Positions 50,270 through 62,805 are shown, counted from the stretch's first letter. The stretch is DNA of 64,000 nucleotides from Rhizaria sp. SCN 62-66 (GCA_001724265.1 MEDY01000106.1:1-64000), one strand, 5' to 3'. Numbers and translations are program-made. The notes: generated by a model from the letters alone, not told the origin.

Positions 50270-50989
50270 TTGGGGAGGGTGCGGAAGTGGGCCGGGTCTG
50301 ACATGGGGAACTGGCGGTGCGCGCTGCCAGTGCTGCTGCTGCCGCTCGCCGTGCCGCTGTTCCGGTTGCTGTTGCCGCCGCTGCTGTGGCTGCTGCTGGA
50401 GGTGTCGCGGGCCGCCTCAGGTGTGGCGTTGTCCTTGTTGTCCTTGTTGATGTTGTTCTTATCAGCAGCAGTGTCAATCGCGTTCACGTTGACCTTTGCA
50501 GTCGCAGGTGCGTTGTTGTTGTTGTTGTTGTTGTTCTGGTTACTGGCGAGGAGCTTAGCAACCTGCCGAGGCGAGTGCTCATTACCTCCAGCGTGATTCG
50601 CTCTCGTGTTCGCGGCGCCAGAGCCCTTGGCGGTGTTGTTGTTGTTGCCATGATGAGCGGCGTTACTCGCTGTGCTGCTCATATTGCCACCACCATTGTT
50701 GTTGTTGTTGTTTGACAGCGACTCATGGGTCACCTTGACCGCCCGACGGACTTTTTCGGCCCTGGCCTCCTGGGCCTGTCGCAGCCGCCGCTCGCGGCCC
50801 TCGCGGTCGCGGCGCAGCTTGTCCAGCACTGCGCTCGAGCGCGCCAGCGAGGGCAGCGCTGCCGGGTAAGCAGTGGCCGGGGACGACGAGGCGGGGGCGA
50901 GGCGCGGGGACCGGATGCTCGCAATCGCGCTGCTGCTGTTACTGCTGTTGCTGCTGTGGCCGGAGGCAGCGGTCGCATTGCTGCTGCCG

Positions 50990-51024
<35 letters not shown>

Positions 51025-51318
51025 GCTGTTGAGATTGATGCGGAATCGGGCACCGACTGAAGGGCTCGAGTTATTAGCACCGGCGCCAGCGTTGTTGTTG
51101 TGGGCAGGTTGGATAGCGGGGAGAGAAGAAGGCGCAGCGCCGGTAGCAGTGACACTCACGCTCACATTCGCATTCGCGCTCGCATTCGCACTGGCATTAA
51201 CACTAGCATTGCTGTTGTTGTGGCCACCGCCGCCGCCGCCACCGCCGCTATTGCCGCCGCCGCCGCCGCCGCCGCCACCGCCGAGACGGATACGAAACCG
51301 AGGTGACTGAGAGTCCAT
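46216..51318 (-). CDS. hypothetical 1700-aa intrinsically disordered Ser/Ala/Asn/Gly-rich protein
   Basis: Single ATG-to-TAA ORF with the same composition as neighbouring genes, flanked by AT-rich DNA. Short charged helices near both ends; no recognisable domain. Confidence 0.8.
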
Positions 51319-52261
51319 CGGGGCTTCGCTAGTACAACAGAGCTCAAGCTTGAAAAGGGAAAGCTAGAGAACGGACGAGAGAGTGGGGACCAGAGCAAGC
51401 GAAAGCCTAGGGCCGTCAAGGGGCGCGAGGGTGAACGCGGAAGAGAGTGAAAGTGCTACTCGGTCTTGTAAGAAGACAATTTATGTCTAGAAACTGTGAT
51501 GTCTTTGTTGTGGAGTCAATGGAAAGAAAGAGAAAGTGGGTAAAAGAGTGGATTGGATATGGTTGTGGTGTGAGAGAGTGATGATCGCTGAAAATGGGGA
51601 GAAATAAGGCATAGATGCGCACTCCAAGAGCGCCCCGTGTGATGACAGGTAAAAAAGTAACAAAGTAGCTGAAAATCACAAAGACATTCGAATAAGAGGC
51701 GACTGGACAAAGCTGTGGCGGGGTAAAGCGCGGTCGGGCCGAGTCACAGTGAGCCTTGGCTGTGCGGTCACAAAACACGCCTGTTCGTGGTCAAGATACC
51801 CAACTGGTGCACTTTACACATTAATTTCATACTAATAATAAGCTCGATTATATTATATTCAGTGCGCAAACCCTCACACGGTCGACTGAACCAGAAACAC
51901 AAGCAGTTACTCTTCCCAAGACTCATCTTCACTTTGGCGTCGTACAATGCTGTCGAACGTACGAAGTTCCAGGTACAATTTTCACGAACCTCCCGACCAG
52001 CTGAAGCTTGCTGCGGCACGGAAGGCTCTTGATAGCGTCCCGCAGAGTGGTCGAGTAGAGCATTTTGGCATCGTTAAGTTGCGATTTGACACACCTTCCA
52101 CAACAAATAGTATTTTTTCAATCTATATCTTAAATCCTATCCTTTCAAAACTCACTCTTCTCTCCCCACAATCCCTCTCACAAAACCCTCTTTGCTCCCA
52201 ACTCCTCGCCCTTCTCTCAACGCAACGCCGCTCTTGCTCTCAACACAACGACAGCCGCACA

Positions 52262-55200
52262 ATGTCCCAGCTGTGGCCGACGGACGAGCAGGTCCACGCC
52301 GCCTCCGGCGACACCGACTCAATGTCCGACAACAACAACACTCACGCCAACAGTGACGAGAATAAGAAGGCGACCATCTTCATCCGCAACCTCGCCTTCT
52401 CCGTCACCGACGCGCAGCTCGCGTCCCACTTCGAGGACATCGGCCCCATCAAGCACGCCTTCGTGGCGCGCAACAAGCACTCTGACGTGTCCCGCGGCTT
52501 CGGCTTCGTCGAATTCGCCACGGCCGCCGACGCACACACCGCCGCCGCGCGCTTCAACGGCCAGGTACGGAACCACCCCGACACAAACAAGATGATATAT
52601 CTCTCCATATGCGTGCTCTAGATAAATATATTCTCAATAATTCCACGTATTTGTTCTTTATTTATCTATATTTAAAACCTTTATTCGACTATAAACTCAC
52701 ATCTACACCCTTTTATCTCACTTGGCACTTTGCACCCTTTTGTTCTCCAATCTCGAACACAGGACTGGTTCGGGCGCGCGCTCAAGGTCGACGTTGCGCT
52801 GGACAAGGCGCTGAGCACCGACGACCGCAAGGCCAAGATTGAGGAGGAGCGCAAGGAGGAGACGCGTCTGCGCAACCGCGAGAAGCGTCACGAGAAGACT
52901 GCCGTCAAGGCCGAGCTCAAGGTCCTCGAGGCCGCGCAGGCCGCCGACGCCGCCGCCGTCGAGGCCGCCGCCGCCGCCGCTGCCGCAGCGCTGCCGCAGC
53001 GCCCCGAGCTGCCCGCGGACGTTACCCCCGCTGCTCTGGCCGCGTCCGCTGAGGGCCGTGTGCTCGTTGTGTCGGGCTTCACTGCGGACGTGGCCAAGGA
53101 CCGCATCTTGGCCTCGATGAAGCGCCTGGCTCCCGTCCAGTCAATCCTGTACCCGTCCCCCGAGTCGCTGGAGCACGACCTCTCTGCGCGCATCACGTTT
53201 GAGACCAAGGAGGCTGCCGCCAAGGCCCTGAAGCGCTACCACAACAAGGATCTCCGCGGCTGCACCGTCCGCTGCCTCATCCTGTCGGGCGTCGCGGGGC
53301 TTAAGGCCGGGCGGCTCATCGTGCGCAACGTCGGCCCTACGGCCACCGAGGTCGCGCTCGCCAAGGCCTTTGGGGCGTACGGCGAGGTCGTCGACGTGGT
53401 GCTGCCGCGCTCTGAGGCCGGCTTCGTGCGCGGTTTCGCCTTCGTGCAGATGGCCAACCCGGTCGCTGCTGAGGCCGCGCTCGCGCTGAACGGCTCCACC
53501 ACCGCGCTCTCAGGCACCGGCGGCGGCAAGAGGGCAATTGTGGTTGACTGGGCGCTGTCCAAGGAGGACTACCTGAAGCGGGAGGCGATCGAGGCCAAGC
53601 TCGCGGCCAAGGCGGCCGAGGCGGCTAAACTTAAGGAGGCCGAGGCCGAGGCGGCGGCCAAGGCTGAGGCGGCGGCGGCGGCGGAGATTAAGGCTCTCCA
53701 GGCTAAGGCCGATAAGGACAAGGCTAAGAAGGACAAGAAGAAGGCTAAGGCAGCCAAGGGCTCCGACGACGACGACGACGATGACGAAGATGATGCTGAG
53801 GCTGAGGAGGAGGACTCTGATGATGATGACGAGGATGATGATGACGATGATGATGACGATGATGATGACGATAATGAGGCTGATGATGGCACCTCAGTCT
53901 ACCGTGATAGTGACGACGACGAAGACGAGGATGACGATGATGACGAGGAGGAGGATGGTAAGGAGAACAGCAAGAGTAGCAGCAAGGACGATGCTGCTGG
54001 CGAGGACGACGACCTAGCAGCCCAGGCGATGGACGAGACTCTGCTCAACGCCTACAACGAAGGCATCGCCGCCGAGAAGGCCGCCGCACGGATCGCGAAC
54101 CTGCCGGCCCGCTCCCGCGACATCCAGCAGGGCTGCACGCTCTTCATCCGTAACCTCTCCTTTGACACCGACGAAGAGTCTCTGTACAAGAAGTTTTCCC
54201 AGTATGGACACGTTAAAGTCGCCAAGATCGTGCGCGACCGCGCGCTGAACCGGTCCATGGGCACGGGCTTCGTCCAGTTCGACGACAAGGCCGTCGTCAA
54301 CACGCTGCTCAGTCTCTACGGCCCCGAGAGCGCCGAGGCCGACGCCAAACAGCAGAAGAAGGACCGGCTTAAGCGCGGCAAGGTCACCTCGCAGGTACGC
54401 TTTTAAACTCTATCTCTCATAATATCTCGCAATTGAGGGAATATTATATGTTTGAATATGAAATTGCAAGTTGGATAACATGTCCTAAATTTACTCTGAA
54501 TGGTATTTATCATCGATTTTTCTTGATTTATGTTCTTCTCGCATCGTCACTCACTCGTTTTTCCTTTGCTCTCGACACTTGCTCTCTTTCTCCCGCTTTC
54601 TCTTCCTTTTCGCTCTCTTTCCTCTCGCCTCACAGGGCGGCGACCACGTGATCAAGCTCGACGGCCGCGACCTCATCCTCGCCAAGGCCGTTGACCGCTC
54701 AGAGGCCGGCCGCCTGGCCGATGCCAACCTCAAGCAGAAGGGCGACAAGCGCAACCTGTACCTGGCCCGCGAAGGCGTCATCAACCCAGGCACCGCAGCC
54801 GCCCACGACGTCTCCAAGGCCGACCTGGAGAAGCGCCAGCGCGCCTGGAAGGTCCGTTTTTATCACATTTCATTGCACTCTCAAAGCTGTTAATCATCAC
54901 TTGCTGCGTTTAAACTGTTATTTTTGTGTAAAAATAATATTTCTTCAAGTGGGAGTATTGTTTTTGTTTTCATATTCTCACATCTATCCCGTCAATTCTC
55001 GTTTTTTTATAACAACGCCTATAGGAGAAGCGTAACACGCTGCAGAACCCCAACTTCAGCGTGTCCCGCGTCCGTCTGTCCGTGCGCAACATCCCCCTGA
55101 CGATGAGCGAGGCCACTCTGCGCAAGATCTTCATCAACAAGGTCCGCGATGACTACAAAGACGCCGGCAAGCCTACCCGCGACATCGACATCGTACAGGT

Positions 55201-56113
55201 ACGTTTACTCTCTATCTCTCTCTTCTCTATCTCTAAAAACAAAGACTTAACAGTATATATCTCACTTTATATGCCAATCAAACTGAGCCAACATATATAA
55301 TCTATTTTCATGTTGTATTCTTATTTTTTAAGTCGAAATTCACTCATCATTGTGCTACATTAATCTATGTCGCTTGTTCGCGTTTTTGCTTTTTGTTTCC
55401 TTTTCTTTAGGCCAAGATCATCTTCGACAAGGAGAAGTTCGACATCCAGGGCAACAACATGTCCCGCGGCTACGGTTTCGTCGAGTTCACCGAGCACGAA
55501 CACTCGCTCCACGCCCTCCGCGCCATCAACAACCACCCCAGCTTCTTCATGTCGGCCAACAAGCGCCCCATCGTCGAGTTCGCGCTCGACGACGCCCGCA
55601 AGGTGCACGAGCACAAGCAGAAGAAGGCGGCGCTGCAGTCGCGCATGAGCAAGATGAACGAGATCAAGGACAAGGCCGCGGCGGAGGCCCTCAGCGCGCT
55701 CGGCCACACGGCCGGGCTGGCTAAGGTCATCGAGGACGCGCAGAGCAAGCGCGCGCAGTACGTCTTCTTTAATTCATGACATATCCCTGTATATTCCCTC
55801 TATTGACTTTAAAACATCGTTATTTAAGTTTGTGACTGTCAATTCTTCATGTTGTTTTGTTTTTAAGTCGTTTCACTCACATTTTGTGCTCTATAATCGC
55901 CTTTTTGTTCCGCTAAATAGGGAGAAGCGCGCCTACATCAACGCGCGCAACGCCGAGGCCCGCACTCTGAACCGTGATACGGGTTTCAGCAGCAGCGATG
56001 GTCGGCTCGAGCGCGTCCGCGACTACAAGAGCGGCGGCGGCAGCAACAGCGGGGATAAGAAGGACAAGGCGCGGTTCTATCAGGCCGCGATCAAGAAGTC
56101 TCGCACTGTGTGA
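52262..56113 (+). CDS. RBM28: nucleolar multi-RRM protein RBM28/Nop4
   Basis: Exons 52262-52564, 52763-54394, 54636-54851, 55025-55198, 55411-55757, 55921-56113. RRMs (TIFIRNL..RGFGFVEF, RLIVRNV..RGFAFVQM, TLFIRNL..GTGFVQF), an acidic tract, and signature motifs DKRNLYLAREG, NPNFSVSRVRLSVRNIP and RPIVEFA. Ends in TGA. Confidence 0.92.
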
Positions 56114-56699
56114 GTGAAGAGACAAGTGACTGTGGGCATGGGTGACTGTGAGCAGCAGCAGCAGCAGCAGCAGCAGCGATGGGCAACACGACCGCTAAGT
56201 AGTCAACTTTCATAAAGTTAGCAACAAATGTAGCAAACGGACAGTGAAAGTGGTCTTGGTTGGCTGATATATGGCCAGATAACCGTTACTACGAGTAATT
56301 ATAGTATATAATAATGACGCAAGTAATACAAATTCATTTTCGTAAACTTAGCGCGACTAGACTGAGTCTCAGCATCACTGATACTGACGTGTTGTTTAGG
56401 TAAACGTTGTGTATTTTCATTTTGACAAAAATACAGCATGAATTTGATTCGTTGTAAAGTTTTTACTTCATGTTTTGTGTTTCTTATCTTGATATTACAA
56501 TTGCTAATTGAGACCTTTGCAACCCACCACTCGACTCACAAGCGCACTCATTACTCCACTCATATTTTGTTAAGCAACTCCAGAAGAACATTAAAACATG
56601 GTTACGTCCTGCGGTGCTCAACAGCCTAGCTTCGCGGGTTATTTTGCCTGTGTGTGTGTGTGTTTCGCGGCTGGGTATTACTCGGTCGTTACCGCGCGC

Positions 56700-57421
56700 T
56701 TAGTGAGCGGCGCCGCCCTCAGCGGCGGCCTTCTTCTCGCGCTGGAGGGCGAGGAAGGCCTGGCGCTGGCTCTCATCGACGACAATCTCGCACGACGTAG
56801 CGGCGTGGAGCAGCACAGCGACGGCCGTCTCGCTCGCGGCGTCGTACAGCTTGCTCTGCTCGGCCTTCTCGGCGGCCACCTCGACCGCGAGGGCCTTGAG
56901 CTTCTCGTCGCCCTCACCGTCGTGCTGCGCCAGTTGAATCAACGATACATGCACAAGAGAAAGTATGAGTAAAGAAAAAGAAAAGCATTAAGATGTAAGA
57001 AAGTGAGATCGATGCCTGGGCAGCGTTAGAGCAAGATTGACGTTTAGGAAGGTAGTCTAAGATAGCAAGGTAGGTGTACGTACGCTCTTGACCTCGGCCT
57101 GGAACTTGTTCTCTTCCTCGGTGCGGCGCTTCTCGTAAATCTCCTGCACGGCGTTCTCGGCCTCTTGCAGGCGCTTGGAGCGGTCTGTGTGTGTGCGATG
57201 AAATCAGCAAAGGGCAAGGGAAAGAGAGGAAAACGTGAGGGATGGTGGGGGAAAGCAAGGGGAGCAACACGAGAAAAGCCGAAGACTGCAGGGGGCTGGT
57301 AGGGCGATAAAAGCGGGCATATGGGGGGAAACGTACAGCGCTCCTCGCGGGAAATAATCTCGGCAGCCTCGCGCTCAGCGTTAACAAGCTTGCGGAGAGG
57401 GTTGTTGTCGTCCTTGCTCAT
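56700..57421 (-). CDS. V-type ATPase subunit G
   Basis: Exons 57421-57337, 57184-57084, 56924-56700 give ..LRKLVNAEREAAEIISREERYRSKRLQEAENAVQEIYEKRRTEEENKFQ..ETAVAVLLHAATSC, matching the subunit G pattern LLxAEkeAxxiv..RLkqA..E..F. Ends in TAA. Confidence 0.75.
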
Positions 57422-58355
57422 TTCTGTCCAGCCAAGCGGGCGGAAAGGGGGTGCAGCGACGAGGTCGGAACGTGACGGGGCAGTGAGACCAAAAGAAGAG
57501 ATTAAGTGAGACTAAATCGTGAAAAACAAGCACACAAAAAGAAAATATGATACAAATCTGCGCAAATAACGTATTCAGAATGAAATGGATCTCAACAGTC
57601 CATGAAAGACCCTCGTTTAACGGCAATTTAATCTGCCCACACATCAGCTCTCTTGCTTTGCTCACTTGTCGAGTTGGTTGGTTGGTCGCTGGGATTTTCG
57701 CGAACCACTCCAACGGCAGCGTGCGTGCTCTCCTCTGACGACATCTTCACTAAGAGAGTGTTGTGGCGTCTAATGAGCAGTTGTGGAAGTGTAGTTTTGA
57801 TATAATGTTAAACACACTTGTTTCTATTATAGTATAAGTGTTATGTCTCTACTGACGGTTGTGCTACAAAGATAGCGCTTCGATTACCATCGCTTTTCCA
57901 TCCAATCACAGACTGCCACTTAACTCCCTTTTCTCTCGTCACAACACTTCTCAACAACCTTCATTTACGATTTGTTCCTATCATAACGGTGTTTTTGTTT
58001 GCTTACTTTTGTATATCTTGCGCTTACTTCCTCAGCTCCCAATTCTCACGCTCTGTACCCTTTCCCGCTCGACTCTTCCCCTTCAGCCTTCACGACTTAA
58101 GACGCGTCTCTCACTGTTACTCTCGCAACTACAGCGCCCTCCCCTCGTCATTAGTGCCTCAATAAGCACTGGCACAGCATAGTCAGACTTTTTTTAGTAG
58201 CTATAACACGCGGTTTTGGTCCTAAAAACACTCACTCTCACTCCTGGCACTCTCACGACAAAACAGTTAACGACCGGACTGACTCTGCTCTTGGCTTAAC
58301 AGTCGTAAACGCATTGTTGTTGCGAGACTGAGACTGTGACTGAGACCGAGCGACG

Positions 58356-59813
58356 ATGTTCATGCTGCGCCTCATCACGGCCGGGTTCAACCCCTTCGAG
58401 AGCGACACCCCGGGCACGGGCGCCCTCACGGCCCTCGCGTCAGCAGTCTCGGGCTCGGCCGCCGCCACCGCGGGCTCGTACCTGCCCCTCTCCACGAGCG
58501 ACAACAACAACAACAACAACAACAATAACAACAACAGCGATGACGATGACGACGACGGCGGCAACTCTCTCGACAGCACCGGCTCCCCTTTGCGCCCGCA
58601 TCAAAGCAACAGCAAGCAGCAGCAGCAACCGTCAGCGACGACGACGGCGACGCTACTCTCGCCCATCCGCCGTCTCTTCGGCGGCGGCGGCGGCCCTAGT
58701 AATCCCCCGCCTCGTGCCGCGACCACGCTCGCAGACCCCACCTTTGGCCGCTCCTCGTTGAACTACAACAACAACAACAGCAATAGTAGCGGCTCAGGAC
58801 CCATGGGTCCCAGCGGTACCAGTACTGCAATGCACTCTCTTTCGCTAAAGGGACGCATGCCCTTACCCCCCACCAGCACGACCACTTACACGCGTCTAAG
58901 TAGCAGCAACATTCACGGCAACGGCGGCGGCAACACGTGTTTCGCCAAGTGCTGCTCAGACTGCTGCTCAGATTGCTCTTGCTCTTCGTTCGCAGACTGC
59001 CGCGAGTCCACCCGCGCCGCCGCGCTAGCCTGCTGCCAGGCCGTTTCGACGCCGCTCTTCTGCGGCCTGTGTAGCCCTTGCGTCCGTCTTCTCGCCCCGC
59101 CCCGCGTGTCGCTCTCCACCCTCATCCCCCCGCTGCCGCCGGTGACCCGCGAACGATTAGCGTCGCTGCAGGAGCGTTCGGCGGTGCCTTTCTCCCCGGA
59201 CAACGAGGAGCACCTTCGCGAGCTCTACTCCTTTGCAGTCGCCGCGTTCGGGCCCGCGTTTCCCATGGCCGAGCTGCTCAAGTCGCCCCGCTGGACGCAC
59301 ATCGGCTTCCAGGGGCTCAACCCGGCCACCGACTTCCGCGGGGCAGGCGTGTTCGGGCTGCAGAACCTCCACTACTTGGTCGGGCTCGAGCCCCGCATCG
59401 TGCGCCGCATGGCCCTTAAGGAGCACGTGTCGGTTGAGCACTACCTGCCCTTTGCCATCGCGGGGCTCAACCTCACGTTCGCGCTGCTGCAGACGCTTTC
59501 TCTGTCTGTCTCGAGCGCGCCAGAGGACAGGGTGACGGTGAGCCGGACCGAGGCTGCCATCTTTCTCGCCTTCTGCACTCTGCTGCAAAGCGAGCAGTTC
59601 GCGTTCGAGGAGATCTACCGCGCAGCGATGCTCTACCTGGAGGAGCTGTGGGGAGATACCCATGCCAAGTACATCCAGTTCCCGTCGATCATGAAGTCGG
59701 TGCGGGAGAGGGTGGAGCTGACGCTGCTGCGGCGGCCGACCACTGTGGCCGAGTTCGCGAGGATGCTCAACAACGACGACGATGACGACGACGTCAATGG
59801 CGGGATCGTGTGA
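58356..59813 (+). CDS. ELMO/CED-12 domain protein (ELMOD-like Arf/Arl GAP)
   Basis: Signature WTHIGFQGLNPATDFRGAGVFGLQNLHY and YLPFAIAGLNLT, preceded by a Cys-rich segment and a low-complexity N-terminus. Ends in TGA. Confidence 0.92.
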   Translation: MFMLRLITAGFNPFESDTPGTGALTALASAVSGSAAATAGSYLPLSTSDNNNNNNNNNNNSDDDDDDGGNSLDSTGSPLRPHQSNSKQQQQPSATTTATLLSPIRRLFGGGGGPSNPPPRAATTLADPTFGRSSLNYNNNNSNSSGSGPMGPSGTSTAMHSLSLKGRMPLPPTSTTTYTRLSSSNIHGNGGGNTCFAKCCSDCCSDCSCSSFADCRESTRAAALACCQAVSTPLFCGLCSPCVRLLAPPRVSLSTLIPPLPPVTRERLASLQERSAVPFSPDNEEHLRELYSFAVAAFGPAFPMAELLKSPRWTHIGFQGLNPATDFRGAGVFGLQNLHYLVGLEPRIVRRMALKEHVSVEHYLPFAIAGLNLTFALLQTLSLSVSSAPEDRVTVSRTEAAIFLAFCTLLQSEQFAFEEIYRAAMLYLEELWGDTHAKYIQFPSIMKSVRERVELTLLRRPTTVAEFARMLNNDDDDDDVNGGIV

Positions 59814-60526
59814 AGCGGCAGGCAGAGCGAAGGAGAAAAAAAAAAATCAGCAACTTGACTTCGACAACAGCTACACCTTGACGTGAGAGCTTCAAGAATG
59901 TCACGCCCCACTCCTTACTTACTTGCTTGTTTTTTTATTTTCAAAACGATGTGAGATATATAACCGTACTTTCAGTGTATCTTCTATATAATAGTATCGA
60001 TTGATGAAGGCCTTAATATGGTTCTGTTCTATCCTAGCGTAAACACTTTACGCGCCCGTTATACATTAGTTTCTTGATTCAAAACTAACAAAGCATGATG
60101 AAATGTGTGATTAGATGCATATAATGACAACAAATCGTGCGAAAACTAAGCGTTGAGTATCAAAATGCATGTATAATTTATTAATTAACATTCACTTCAT
60201 TCTCCTCGAAAGTCCTGACAAATGAAACAAAGCTAAGTCAAACTTAGAGCCGCTAACAAAGCCATTGTCACACTGGCCCTCGATGGCTTTCTCACTCTTT
60301 CTTAACTCTGAAACAAAGCAACAAACGGCAAAAAATAACAGCAGCAGTAGTACTCAGACAGACAGACAGACAGACAGACACGTAAAGCACAAAGATAGAA
60401 ACGTATCTCTCTGCAAATAACAAAGAGAAGTCACATTGACAGTCTTACGAGCCAGCAGTCCGATTCAGCGAAAAAGAGAATCTGCACAGAATGAATGTAA
60501 GTACCCCCTTAGACGGCTGGCTGCAC

Positions 60527-61997
60527 TCACCGCGCCTCTGTGCCCATCGAGGCCCTGCGGTGCGCGGCCGGGAGCGTGACCGCCATCGCATCTCCCCCGG
60601 CGTCCGGCCCCCCAGCCTCGTGGCCGGCCTCGGCGTCAGCGCCGTTACTGCCGCCGCCGCCGTTGTTATGATCGTCAGTCTCACCGTGACCGTGGTCGTG
60701 ATCAGATGCGGTAGCAGCAGCGGCAGCGCCACTGCTCTCAGCAGCGCTATTGCCGCCACCATTGGCGGCGTTGGCGTTGCCGCCGTTGTTGTTGCTGTTG
60801 CTGCTGCTTGAGGCTGCGGTGGCGGCTCGGGCTGGCGAAGCGGTGCGATTGGGGCTGTTGCCGCGCTTGGGGGAGCCCGTGGCGGCGAGCGGCTGCGGCT
60901 TCTCGGGCTTCGGCATCAGCCCCGTCTTGATCTTAGCCAGATCACTCATCTTGGACACAGCAGGTGTCGCCAGCTTCGCGTAGTAAGTCGGGTCCACGGG
61001 GCGGGAGCCGTGCGGCCTAACTTCCTCCGCGGGCTTCTTGCGCTCGCGGCCCTTGGAGAGGCGGTTGATCCAGCTGTCGTGCGGAATCGTGTATTCGCGG
61101 TCAACCGGCGGGCGCGGCGGCGGCGGGGGCTTGGCTAAACAGGGAGGGGCGAAAGGGTGCGACAACGCCAAACAAGATAAGAAAATGAATAGTTAGCATT
61201 GTGGATATAAAACGGAGGATATGATGTCATTATATCATGATAATAATTTGCTCAAGTATACATTATTCATAAATAGATCGTATCATTAGGTTTTGTCGTG
61301 AATTGTTACGATACTACCGAGATATATGCGAAATAAGCTGTTAAATAGGGGACGTACGGCGGCGGTGGGGCGGCACCTCCATGCTCTTGACGAGCCATTC
61401 CTGCGTCTCCTTACTGATGGGGGGCATCGTGGCCGAGGACTGGTACACGCGCGTAGTGTGGTCCTCCTGTGCGCGTGAAAAGAGCAAATGCGTAGAGAAA
61501 GCAAAGCAAAGGGAGGTGAGTCGTGTTTCAGAAGGATTGAGTTAAGGTCATTCTTTGATGATGCGAGCTTAGCGGATTGAAATAAGCGATAATAGATGTA
61601 AAACCAGCACAAAACAGTAGAACTGTGTTACTCATGCGATATATCGTCCGGAATTACGTGGTTTAAAGACATACCTCGGTGAACTTCTTGCGGGGCTCCT
61701 TGGGGACTTTTCCAGGGGGCCGGCACAGACTGGCCACCGTCGGGCTGTCGTGGAACTCCTTAACGGTCTCGCGCAGGCTGCTGAGGTGGTCGTAGGACTT
61801 TCTGTTGGGGCAATACAGCCGCATTAAGAAATAGACAGTGGTAGGGACGAGTATGAGTGAGACAGAGAGTCAAAGATGTAGGCGTTAATTCTGACTAGTG
61901 CTGCGATCGTGAGTAAGCGAACGAGGGAAGGAAACGTACGGGAGATGGCGCGGATCGTGTTTGGGGTACTCGCGGTACTCGTGGAGGTCGGACATGG
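60527..61997 (-). CDS. hypothetical basic Pro-rich protein, possibly microtubule/cilium associated
   Basis: Exons 61997-61940, 61801-61675, 61466-61358, 61134-60527 splice in frame with GT-AG introns. Short repeated motifs VASLCRPP, INRLSKGR and YAKLATPA. The 3' end (TGA at 60527-60529) is less certain. Confidence 0.65.
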
Positions 61998-62794
61998 TGA
62001 CGCACACGCACGCAGACACAGTCTGTTTGTTCTGTGGCGCAGACGAAGGGCGGTGCGAGGGATGGGAAGGACCAAGAGGAACGAGAGGGGAAAGGACTTC
62101 GCGTAGAGAAGAAATACAACGCGGATTTACAGGGTTAGACGCATGATAGAAGATGTGGTAAAAGAGAAATAGATAAAACACTATTCAAATATTTCCTCAG
62201 TAGAACAGCAGAAACAGTTATCAGACATGTGTGACGATATTCAGGCTGCAAGTTAGCCGTCTCCCGACCGTTTCACACTGCTACACGCCTCGGACCTGCG
62301 ACTGTGGGCAGCCGATATCATCGTTACGCAGCCTCGTGACAAAGCATAACGACGTGAAAATTTGCGATTTCATTACAACTCTTTGACAAAGTAGACTTCA
62401 AGTTGTCTCAAATACTGTGGTCAAATTATTATTGCGGTTTGAAGATGTCTTGGCAATGTAATCGCCACTAAGACTGGTGCTTGCGCAGCGATGCGTTTGC
62501 CCTCGGAAACTGATTATTACAAGCCTGACAAGCGTCTTGGCGGTGACAGAGACAGCTACGCTCACCAGAGCTCAACAAGTGCAGAGAGATGTGTAGCTCT
62601 GCCGTGTCACTATGACTGGCAACGACGGAGATGGCGACTGTGACTGAGACTGCGGTTGACTCAGTGTTGATTTTGACGTTAGACTGGAGGGAATATGTTT
62701 CAGTGCTGTGCAAGCAAGAGCAAAAAGAAATGGACGGAAGGTCCCGAACACGATGCAGACGCGCTGGGCGTCGTGGAGCGTCGCGGAGGCATGC

Positions 62795-62805
62795 AAAAAA
62801 AAAAA
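62795..62805 (-). terminator. RNA polymerase III oligo-T terminator of the tRNA-Leu gene
   Basis: T11 run on the minus strand a few nt downstream of the tRNA 3' end. Confidence 0.85.

Noticed and set aside
3864-51310. Numerous antisense and alternate-frame ORFs rich in Leu/Val/Cys/Arg
   Set aside because: These are shadows of GC-rich trinucleotide-repeat coding sequence on the opposite strand.
1-56113. Functional cluster of ribosome-related genes (RPL12, UTP23, mS41, RBM28)
   Set aside because: They are interspersed with unrelated genes in mixed orientation, which is compatible with chance.
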